This document shows, one piece after another, positions 10,527-22,500 of a DNA stretch of 64,000 nucleotides. The notes beneath the pieces are model-generated. The model was not told where the DNA came from, ran no database searches, and saw only the letters and a list, made by a program, of their open reading frames with translations. The DNA lies in NCBI RefSeq assembly GCF_000002075.1, contig NW_004797385.1, positions 658,512-722,511 of the forward strand, given 5' to 3'. Every line of letters begins with the position of its first letter. Position 1 is the first letter of the stretch. The DNA comes from Aplysia californica (Eukaryota). Position numbers and translations under genes: made by a program.

Positions 10527-13500
10527 AGCAAATTTTTGGGTCTAGATCTATATCTATTTCAATTTTCAACAGCTAGTCTAGATGAGATTTTTAGATGAGT
10601 GTAAAAACGTGAAAAAGAAAGGTTTCACAACAGAAAGAAATCAAAATTAGAACAGCCCATAAACAACAACAAACATTAACAAATAAGGGCGTGTGTCCAC
10701 CTGTCCGAAGAAGATTGGCAGTTTTAACCCTAAATGTGCGTAATTTTAAAAAAAGTACAGGATATTACATGTAAATTATGGAATCACACACATTAAGGGG
10801 CTTGCCAGTGTCAGTACATTGGTCGCAGCAGTGACAAACGCAGATGCCAGTTCTATGTGTCGTTATCAATAACCCTCCGTAGATCTAGATCTAGACAGCA
10901 CACGAGTGAACACAACACATTACGTTTAAAAGCAGCACCCTTCATAGGCAACACGTCATATCTATAGCGAAAAACTGTTTGGAATTGTAGCATTTCTTTA
11001 TATAAATATTTACGGCGGACATTTTTTGGACCGATTGAACCATATTGTATACGAACAATCTTTGGTAGGCCCATACTATAATTATAGATCTAGATCTATA
11101 TAATATCCGAAATTTGGGGGAAAGGATGATATTTCAGAGTGTTCGGAGATATAGTGCCCAGCTTTATTTTCCTGAACGTTCGGAGAAATAGTGCCCAGCT
11201 TTATTTTCCCGAACGTTCGGAGAAATAGTGCCCAGCTTTATTTTCCCGAACGTTCGGAGAAATAGTGCCGGCCTTTAAATTTTGCGCGGGTGGCGGCCGA
11301 AGCCTAGATCTAGATCTAGATCTAGGTCTTCTTATCGATTTTAGACCACCAAGGGATCTTTAACGTGCGCAACTTGCACACGGGCCCTCCGAGATTTTTC
11401 ACCCTTGTCTGAGAAGGCTAGGTGTGTAGATCTTTCCTACCAGAAGATCAGGGGTGTGGCAGAAAGACAGCAGTAAGGAGGAGTGGAGCCAAGGAGTAGT
11501 CAGTAGTCGTAGAAAGGCTGCAGAAAGAGTCAGGAGCCCAGAGGAGGGGGCAAAGGAGGTGAGGGGGGTGGGGGCAGAAAGTGGAAATGAAAGCAGACAA
11601 CAAAACATTGCTAGAGAGCAGGAAAGGAGGTGAAAGGAGACAATTTTAGAGAAGAAAATTTTTCGGTTGCAACCCGGATTCGAACCCTGGGCTGGGACCT
11701 TTGAATGAGAGGCCAACACCTTAACTCACTTGCGACTGGGCCCTTTCACCAGTCACAAGCGTTGAAGACTGGCGTTTTTGGGGGTACTTCAAAAAATCAC
11801 CACAACTCTCAGAATTACCCTATTGTAATCATTTTTTTACACAGTAAAGTAACATTCAAGCTTAATCTAATATAAAAAATTAAAGTTGTCTAAGTCTAAT
11901 ACTTTAATTGTATGATTTTTTAAAAATTGGCATGAATTTGATTTTCCGAAAAATTTCCAGAGACGTCACAAGTAGAATGAAATTCACTGCAACAACAAAA
12001 ATAAAAGTTCAAAGTGTTCTGGTTTGATTTGTATACATGTGCGAGTGTTTGGTGAAAATATAAAAGCTGGTCTGTGCATTGATTCAGACCCATACACTGA
12101 ATTACATGAGACAGATGTACGGCACGACGTTGTGATTTCGTTGCGCGAAAAACAACACCGGTACTAGTGCTAGATCTAGCCCTAGAACTACGACTCGGGC
12201 CGTGTTCGGGTACATATATCCAGGATCCTAACTATTAGACACATCATATTCTGAGACACTAGAACTAGTAAAACGCACAGAAGTATGTGATTCTTGTTCA
12301 TGCGACTTCTTCGACCGTTACTACGACGCGACTGTCGGATTACTATCAGCTGTATAGAAAAAAACAAAGCGCGAGTTCCGGTCTGTTCAACCCCAGTTGG
12401 GGTCACTGTCCTTCACCTTCAATAACTTAAAAACTACCGGCCCCAGAGATACGAAACGAAGTCTAAGTAGCTCAGGCTTGGCCAAACAAGGGTACGAGGC
12501 GGGTCTCGCGATCCGTGCGTGATTTGTAGAGCGAAAAAAAAATTCCAAAGTTGGTCACGCAGGGCTTGTGAGACCCGCCGCGAGCGTCGCGGCGGGGGTC
12601 ACGCAACTGTTGTGTGACCCGTCTGAAGTGAGTTAACCTCTAGGCCGTGGCCTATCATGTAGATTATTAAACACATGTAAAAACTGATTTCTCGTTAAAG
12701 GGAAACCATCATTTTCAGCTGCAATCATTTTGTCAACAATTTTATTTCTCTCCCTCTCAGCCTTCATTCCAAAAGTAGATCGACCATAGACATGGTCGAC
12801 AAGAGTTTTTTGGGAACACTAAATTCCCAGGCTGTTCCAGAGCAGCTTTGTCCACCTTAAACAGCTTCAACAGCTTTCTCCAAATCACTTTATAAAGTTT
12901 AAGTATACCTGTTATTGATTGCCTTGCATGTTTCCCCACAATAAAAGTGGTAAATCTAATTAAAATAACAAGTGGAAAAGCAATCTAGACCTGTGTGGCA
13001 AAGTTCCCCGACAATAAGGAGAATTTCCCCGACAAGATGTAAGATCCCCCTTTAACGAAGGTGAAAATAAACATAATTTTGTTTACAGTAAAAGGGCATT
13101 CATTAAACAAACGACAATAAGGTGCAGCAAATATAATATTTTAATCAATAAACCAATCAACACAATTTGAGTAAAATGTTATGTACAGCAACAGTAGTAA
13201 GAGGTAGACACGGAAAGATAAAAATTGCACAGGCGCAGCAGAAATAGGGCAAGAGAGGAGGAAAGGGAAGATAAGCGGGAACAAGCATGTTTAAAACACC
13301 GTGATTGTTCTTCGTCATAATAATTAATTTTTCTGATTGGTTGATCAGTTGACAAATAATTGTTTCTGGTTGCAAGTAACTTGACACTTTTGAACTCTTC
13401 CTTGGTGGGTATACAGATTATTCCCATTTCAAATTGGTAAGGGGGACAGGTGGCAAATTTCCCCTCCTGGTGAAGTTACCTGGCTCTACTCTACTGTTAT

Positions 13501-16500
13501 ACACACTATATTAGTAGTCGACAGTGAGAGCTGAGTATGGTGTATTTTCACCTTCCAACATTTTATTCATATTTAATATTTGGATTGCTCTGGTAGACTA
13601 TGGTTTGACTATGATGATTCTTGGCTCAGATTTGACTGCCACATTTCCAGATTACTGTAGCGAAGTCTCTATATGATCTATATGTGTCTCGACACAGTGA
13701 AATCAGGTTCTCGTCAATTTTTCGGCATGAAGAGTTATCGATATCATCCTAAACCTTGTTCATTTGTCTTGCATTTGGCTAAAAAAAAGTGTCCGTCTAT
13801 CTTGAATAGGATTCAAGATACTTGTGATTGAAGGAGGTAGGAGTTGCCTGATGTCAGAGGTAAAACTAGCAAAAAAATGGCATCAAAGTTTGGTGATTTC
13901 TAAAGCTTGAGTGTCACTGGAAACTTCATATTTACATTTTTTTTACCTGTTATCAACATTTTTCAGTAAAATCCTCAAAGAAATGTGTTCTTAAAAATGA
14001 CATGGAAGCCAAAAAAATAAAATTTTTGAAAAATTGCCCAACAGCCAGAAAAATGCCGGTTTCCCTGATTACATTATTTTGACGATCACCTGATTTCACC
14101 ACGTTCACTCACTTCTATAGTCTTAAAATTACTGATCAATATTGTTTCTAATACGGCGCACCGGCAGTGGAATTTAAGTTGTCGCAGGGGGCTTCCCCGC
14201 CGGACGCCTTATCACGACGGGGTCACGGGGATCAGCTCCCTGTCGCCGCTCTGTCTGGGCCGACTTAATTTTTTTGTACATTTCAACGTACAATTTAAGG
14301 TGTATCCTTAATTTATGGTTATTTTCATTTAGTGCACCCAAAGCATGCATTCTGCTCTTGACACTCAAAAAAGAACGGACGTTGTAACTTGTCTGGTTAT
14401 TTCGTTGGACGCGCTGGAGTCGGCAATGCTAAATTGAAATTTTTTTTTTGACTAGTGTGAATGAAAAAAATCAATATAAAAACAAGGCCTCGTCAAAATC
14501 TGTCGAACTTTTGGAACATGAACGACATAGCATTGGTGCAGATACTCAGAAAAGATGGTATCTGCGCATATAATAGAAAGCTGTAATTTTTTAACTTTAT
14601 CCATCGCGCACACTATTCGCTAAGAAGTAATTCCTCCAAATACAACTTTATGTGTCTAATATAATCGTGAATATTCGCATGTTTTCTCGAAAGTTTATAA
14701 AAGTCACCATGAAGTTTCTCTATGAAAAGTACAAATCGATTTTAGTGCTAGAATACATCTTCAATGTAACACACAAACAGTATCTGTTACACTCCAGAAA
14801 TTCCTTACTTTTCTTAAAACGCTAAGTCTAGGTTTTGTAAGTTGACTGAATAATAGGGATGACTTCTCGTAATTGGGTTATAAGAATAATTTCTAGCTTT
14901 CCAGGGACACTGAATTAGCACTAGACTTTTCCAGCTTTTTTTTTCGTTTCTATGACCATTTGCAATAACTGACAATGTGACTGATTTCTTTACATTCATA
15001 ATTGTGTCAGCGCATATTTCCGACACAAAAACTAAGAATGAATGTGTGTTAGCTGTCACTATTTTTATTCCAAACAAGATCAGAAGTTTATCTCTACCCA
15101 TGTATTTACACGGTTTTGTGGGTTTTTTAATCGCTTAGATTCTATATTATATCTTTTTAGTTGTATGCAGGCTTCCACAGACACAGCATGATTCACGAAC
15201 AAAGGCAGAGTAACTTTAATAGTAAAATAAGAGCTAACGGTGATCGTCTTTAGTTAAAAAATGCAGATGTGCATCTTTCTTCTCTTATAACTTGACTATT
15301 TCTACTCGCGCAGATTTAAGATTTCTCATGGTAAAAGACATGATATCCGTAGTCAGTTTAACACAGATTTTGGAGAGATCTGTCGTGCCTTTTTAAAATT
15401 AACAATCATTTATTCATAAGTTTGTAACTAAAATAGGACAAATTGGGTACTCTACAAACACTTGTCTAGAACAAAAACTAAGGCACAGAAATTAACCATT
15501 CTAACGCAGAATAAATCTCAAAACATTGAGCTTTTAGTACATCCGCGTAATGGTTTGCTATGTGGGATGGGGAAGAAGTTATATCGTTTTAAACATGGTA
15601 AAAAATGCGAACTTCCTAACCGACACCGACAAAGTCGCTTCAGGGCTCATTAACCCCGTGACCCCGAGCTGGGGAGCTCCGGCGGGCTGCTGAGTCACGC
15701 GAACTAAAAGTAACAGAATCGGGCGAAAAGTGACGCCATGCTAAGTCAAGAGTTTGATGGAGATGCTGAGTTTCAACTCTTATCAGTCAGATATTAGGAA
15801 GGACTTCCACAACAAGCGACCTCCCCAACAAACACAATATAAAGAAGAGACCTAACCCTAACCCAAGCTTTTTGGCTCTTGTTTCAAGCTGCTTTCTCCT
15901 TCCTCCACCATCATCCAATCAAAGTGATTATAATGTGCGTCTTTATGTACTAAGAATTGTGTAGAACTTTGCATTGGGATACTAAAACTAAGTTACCAGA
16001 CTCTCTAGAAATATTATGGCTAGAAAGACTGACTAACTAGTAAAGGTGTGAAATGATGCCAGTAGGTTGAAACAAGCTGACTACATTTTCCGTTTGTTTT
16101 TCCTTTTTATTGCTGGGAGTTACAACTTAACAAGTCATGTCTTCTTCTATTTGCATCTTATTTTATGAACACTGTCAAAATTTGTGCCAAAGTAAAGTAG
16201 TACAACCAAGAATAGAATTTTAGAAAGCTTTAAAATCCAGCAACATGTAGCTTCCTCCAAAGAAAGGTATCTCCATATTAAACTCTTATTAGTACGAAGT
16301 TTTACTGGCATTCTGTAATCTGTTTCCGTCTGTGATTCTTTGCCTATAAAATATATAGTCTTATTATACACACATAACAAACAGATTTTCAGGTTCCTTA
16401 TTTTTTCTTGTATACTGTTATCTTTGTATTTAAAACAAGTAAATAGCTAAATTCATGCACAATTCTGTATGCTTCCGATTTCAATATGTGCATTTTAAAC

Positions 16501-19500
16501 TACATATATTGCCAAAGAGTTATAATATTAATTCAGTGAGAGATTTAACTCTCATGAAATTGAAGATGAATTTCACTTTATTTTCTATTGTCCACACTTT
16601 GTCCATCAAAGGAAATTGTTATTTCCTCCCTGCCTGACTCGGCCCAGTGACAGAAATATGCAATGTTTGACCCATGATAAAAGATATATGCACAATCTGT
16701 ACTTATTCATTATGGAAACTTAATTTATCTAATGAGGCGTTTTATATGATGTGATGTGGGCCAATGAATAAACTTACTTACTTATATTATAACAAAGTAA
16801 TGCTGTTCTTGTTTCAATCTTGACAGATTTTTGGCTACCGCTGCACAGAAAAAAGATCAAATTGTCACAGACATTCACAGACGGCTTGATTACAACAGAG
16901 GAGTCTCCTCTGACCTTTTCAATTCTCTTTACACTACCCTGCGGAACTATGGTTGGTTATAAAGAAAAGCTTATTTGTACAACTATTAATTATTTCTGTT
17001 TGTAATTTGGGTGATGATTAATTAAGAAATAAGTTTGAAGAGTGCATGTTATAATATAAGACTGGAAATGATGAAAATTAGAGAATTACTCATTAACTCC
17101 CAGCTGTTTTGCCTATTTTGGCTTTTTCACTTATGGTTCAGGGGTCCTCCGAACCTTCAAGCCTCATGCAATAATCTTTCTACTGTTTTTTTGTGTTTTT
17201 TTGGTAAATGTTTTACGATGCTCGCAACTGCATAAGGTTATATGAGATGAGCGCGGGACACATTAAACCTTTTCAGTTGGTAAGAAATTTTGAATTTTGC
17301 CCAGGTGGTGGCTGAAGCCTACTCTTATCGATTTTAGACCACCATGGGATCTTTAATGTGCGCAACTTGCACACAGGCCCCCCGAGATTGCTAGAGAGCA
17401 GGAAAGGAGGTGAAAGGAGATAATTTTAGAAATAAAATTTTTTCGGTCGCTACCCAGATTCGAACCCGAGACCTTTGAATGAGAGGCCAACACCTTGACC
17501 TCTAGGCCACGAGAGCCCCCTATCTTCTCCAGATAGACATATTCAATGGAAAGGGAATTTGATGGTCTTTCAGACTTACCCAACAGATTTCATTTTTGTA
17601 AAGCTGTCTTGAAGTGGGACCTTTTTTTCTTGTTACTAAAAATAGAAACAAAAATAGAAATCGCACTTTTTCAACAGTCACAAAGAAGGGAAAAAGTGTT
17701 TGAGAATTTAGAGTTTACAATTATTTCATGGAAAAGTGCATTCAGTTCTACATATTATGTGTCAAAGATACACCATTCTGTTGGAAAATAAAGAAATGAG
17801 AGCCATTCTAGTACATCCTACAATTCCTAGTTATTGCCCTTGAATCTGGAAATTTCATATCATGGACTTTTTGCTCTCAAGCCTCCAGCAAAAATCTATC
17901 TGTTCCAGATTGACATATCATATACCAATAGAAAGGGAATTAGATGTTCTTTAAGACCTAGCCAATAGATTTCATATTTGTCAAGCTTTCTTGAGGGGTG
18001 ACATATTTTTCGTGTTACTAAAAATAGATGCAGAAAGAGAAATCGGAGTGCCCCAACAATCACAAAGAAGAACATTTTTTTTTTTACAATTTAGAGTTTA
18101 CATAATTTGGGGAGAAAGTATATTCCATTCTGCATGTAAAGTGTAAAAGGCACCTCATTCTGTTGAAAAATAAAGAAAGGAGGGCCGTTTTTGTGGATTC
18201 CACAAATTCTCGTTTATTGCCCTTGAAAGTAGAAATTTCAGAGCAAGAATTTTATTTAAAAACCATCAATTTCAATACCTATTTTATATTTAGAGTCTAT
18301 TTAGTCATTTTTATTTGATAAAAATACCGTACAAAATCTTTCTTTATAAAGGTAAATGTATTTTATGGGCGAAATACCACATCACCAACCATCGTATATA
18401 TTTATACGATATAGTATTGCGTAAACTGCTGGGAGTTAAGACTTGTATAGTAAGGAATGCTGGAACAAAAAAATCATAAGAATTATGTTGCTAATGTTGT
18501 TTGTTTTCTTGATTGTTAATACCTCAGGCAGTTTCACAGGTAGTTTTTTTTATAGATGCTAATTTGTAATTTAGTTTGACTTTTATTGCAAGCTTTTTAA
18601 CAGCAAGCCAGAATTGCTTAGAATGAGTTCATTCCTGAACGGTTTAGCAATTCCACCCTAATCCAATGTTGGGGGAAAGAAATAGAAGAATATTAGTGTG
18701 AATATTTAATTGTCAACTTGGAACAGCGAGTTAATATCTAGGTGACCTAGACTTGTCACAACTATAGGAAGAGATTATTATTCAGTTTGAACAAATTTAG
18801 TCTGTTTTGTAATTTCAGAGACTCTGAGTGAGCAGGATGCTGCCTTGCTACTCTACATCTGTAGCACTGGGCCTTTCGATGCTCCAACAGAGCGGAGACT
18901 GCAGCTTACAGAAGAAGTCTGGAGCAGGCTAGAGGAACTCGGTAATTTACAAATCTTCTCTGTACAGAAAAAGGTGGACTTGACTGAAAGCGCAATCATC
19001 ACATATGATTCATCGCGCACTTTTATAATTTTTTACCCATTGTATATCTAGGTCTCTTTTGTATATTTTTGTAGAAAGCGTACATTAGAAAAATCAGGAT
19101 AAAAAATTTGAGACAAATAAACACACACACACAGAGACACACACTGGCACACACACACACACGCAAACACATGCACGACACACACACACAGTCTCTCCCT
19201 GTGCACCTCCACTATATATTACCTGAGAACTTTGACTTTGAAGGTAGAAAGAAAAAGTGTGGATTGATGTTATAAGAAATTTAATGAGAGATTTATTGTG
19301 TGAGACTCATAAAGTCATCCAAGGCTCAGGAACTGATTATCATGCCTCAGACATTTGAAAAGAAAACTCAGAGACAAGAAGCAGACGTAGCGCTATGAAA
19401 ATATTTACCTATTTCAAAATTTGTTTTTTGTTTTAAATCTGCATTTCAGGTGTTGAGCCTTCAACTAAATTATACAACATGAAATTGAAAGCTTTCGGTG

Positions 19501-22500
19501 GTAATAGCAAGCGCTTTGAACCACTTGAGGAACTGACCCATATGAAATCTCTTGGACTGAATCCAGATAAGGTACACTGACCCGTAGATCATTTCTGCAT
19601 ATATCCCGATTAATTTATGGTTGTTTTCAAGAATTCCCGAGCTGAAATTTTGGGATTGTATGGAAAGCATTTATTAATTGCTATTCTTGTAATGTGTTTA
19701 CAGTTACATTTCTTTTTGCGAAAAGGGAACTTCCTGGGTGTACTCTAGGGATTAAATTCAAACACCTTTCTGTATGTGCTCTTTTGTTAAAAAGGTGATA
19801 TAGTGTTGTCTTTGGTAATTTGTTTAAAGCATTTGTGTCACAACGCAGTGGAATCAGGCGCTCGTCAATTTTTGGGAATGTGGAGTTATTGGTACCATCT
19901 GAAAGCTGACTTATTTGTCTTGCTTCCAATGAAATAGATATCCATCTATCTTGAATAGAAATCGAGATATTTGTGATTGAAGGAAGTGAAGTCGACTGGT
20001 TAGCGAGAAAATGGCCACCAAAATTTGGTAACTCCAATAGCTAAAGTGTCCTTGAAAACAGAAAAATGACATATTTTGTGCCTTTAATCAATGTTTTTCA
20101 GTAAAATTCTCACGCAAATGTGTTTTTATATGGACATAAAAGAGGTTGCGTCAAAAGTAAAAATTTGATAAAAATTTCCAAACTGGCAGAAAAATGCCTG
20201 TATCTCTGTTATCTGAATTTTGATGTGCCTCTGATTTCACCACGCTGCCTTACATTTGTTTTTGGTGTAAGTTTGATGTTTAGTTTTGAGAGTAACTGAC
20301 ATGCGAGTTGGCTGTAAAAAAAAATGCCTGGTTTCTAATCCAAAGAAAATGTTCGTTTTCGGAGAATAAAATTCAGATAAGGAAGTCATCCCCACAATTT
20401 TGTTGAGCTTCATAAATTGTATTCTTTCAGGTCTTGTCCATCTACTTCCCTCATATACCTCTCTATAAAAAATCACCATAACTTGATTTTCTGTCTTAAT
20501 GTAATCTTCCTTGTGCAAACAAAGCTGAGGAACCAAGACCTATTTGAAAGTCTTCATTGCTGAACTCTGGATTTTTAGCAGCATTGTAGCTCCTTTAAAG
20601 TGTTTGTTAATGATTTTTATAAATGTAATAATACATAAATGTAATGTATCTGCCCTTATTATGTTGCAGGTAACCTATGGGCTTCTTGTGGAGGGATTCT
20701 GTCAGAACGGAGACATTGCTGGAGCACAGTAAGTCATTTTCATTATTTCTTTTCATATTCAAAACGTTTTGTTTTATTTTTGTTTTCACTTATACATTCA
20801 AGACTTTTCTTTTTTTCTTTTATTAACTGATATACGACTGTGACTGTCATTCATGAGCGGATAAAAGTAGAAAGTGTTTCCATTTGTTATTAAAATGCTA
20901 CATTGTATTCAGTGTGAGAAAACCGGTTGTCTGGAAATTGTCCCTCGTTTCTGTAATTTTTATTTAGATAAAAATTTGATAACATACTGATGTGAGTAAT
21001 AAGTGTGCTCCTGAGATATGATTTTTGAATCACATCAATGGTTAATATATTTTTGCTTTTTAGAGAATTTCTAGTGCAGTGTGTTGATAGATTGGCGTAT
21101 TTTTTTCATTTGGGGTGGGGGGGGGGGGGTTGTTTTGTGTTTTTTATGCATTAGTTTGGACACCANNNNNNNNNNNNNNNNNNNNNNNNNNNNNNNNNNN
21201 NNNNNNNNNNNNNNNNNNNNNNNNNNNNNNNNNNNNNNNNNNNNNNNNNNNNNNNNNNNNNNNNNTCAAAGATACACCATTCTGTTGGAAAATAAAGAAA
21301 TGAGAGCCATTCTAGTACATCCTACAATTCCTAGTTATTGCCCTTGAATCTGGAAATTTCATATCATGGACTTTTTGCTCTCAAGCCTCCAGCAAAAATC
21401 TATCTGTTCCAGATTGACATATCATATACCAATAGAAAGGGAATTAGATGTTCTTTAAGACCTAGCCAATAGATTTCATATTTGTCAAGCTTTCTTGAGG
21501 GGTGACATATTTTTCGTGTTACTAAAAATAGATGCAGAAAGAGAAATCGGAGTGCCCCAACAATCACAAAGAAGAACATTTTTTTTTTTACAATTTAGAG
21601 TTTACATAATTTGGGGAGAAAGTATATTCCATTCTGCATGTAAAGTGTAAAAGGCACCTCATTCTGTTGAAAAATAAAGAAAGGAGGGCCGTTTTTGTGG
21701 ATTCCACAAATTCTCGTTTATTGCCCTTGAAAGTAGAAATTTCAGAGCAAGAATTTTATTTAAAAACCATCAATTTCAATACCTATTTTATATTTAGAGT
21801 CTATTTAGTCATTTTTATTTGATAAAAATACCGTACAAAATCTTTCTTTATAAAGGTAAATGTATTTTATGGGCGAAATACCACATCACCAACCATCGTA
21901 TATATTTATACGATATAGTATTGCGTAAACTGCTGGGAGTTAAGACTTGTATAGTAAGGAATGCTGGAACAAAAAAATCATAAGAATTATGTTGCTAATG
22001 TTGTTTGTTTTCTTGATTGTTAATACCTCAGGCAGTTTCACAGGTAGTTTTTTTTATAGATGCTAATTTGTAATTTAGTTTGACTTTTATTGCAAGCTTT
22101 TTAACAGCAAGCCAGAATTGCTTAGAATGAGTTCATTCCTGAACGGTTTAGCAATTCCACCCTAATCCAATGTTGGGGGAAAGAAATAGAAGAATATTAG
22201 TGTGAATATTTAATTGTCAACTTGGAACAGCGAGTTAATATCTAGGTGACCTAGACTTGTCACAACTATAGGAAGAGATTATTATTCAGTTTGAACAAAT
22301 TTAGTCTGTTTTGTAATTTCAGAGACTCTGAGTGAGCAGGATGCTGCCTTGCTACTCTACATCTGTAGCACTGGGCCTTTCGATGCTCCAACAGAGCGGA
22401 GACTGCAGCTTACAGAAGAAGTCTGGAGCAGGCTAGAGGAACTCGGTAATTTACAAATCTTCTCTGTACAGAAAAAGGTGGACTTGACTGAAAGCGCAAT

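Larger units (their letters stand above)
9670..12652 (-). mobile_element. tRNA-derived SINE with a Deu/Nin-type core, interrupted by two insertions
   Basis: Minus-strand A box GGCCTAGAGGTTAAGG (split at its TTAA) and B box GGTTCGAATCC; core GTTAAAGATCCCTTGG..GATAAGA; A-rich tail; colinear with the copies at 17.2-17.5 and 59.6-60.1 kb. Confidence 0.8.

Noticed and set aside
11144-11273. 37-bp palindromic repeats resembling a CRISPR array
   Set aside because: Units are contiguous with no unique spacers; no cas genes; eukaryotic intron; the motif is a TE terminus
11650-11724. tRNA gene (also about 17445-17515, 39933-40000 and 61540-61610)
   Set aside because: A/B boxes are present but no complete cloverleaf could be built; the first two run into SINE bodies and the others look like decayed SINE heads
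12761-12900. Extra LRPPRC exon after a strong acceptor (ctctccctctcag)
   Set aside because: In-frame TAA after 32 codons in the required phase; no convincing donor; exon 1 joins exon 2 cleanly without it
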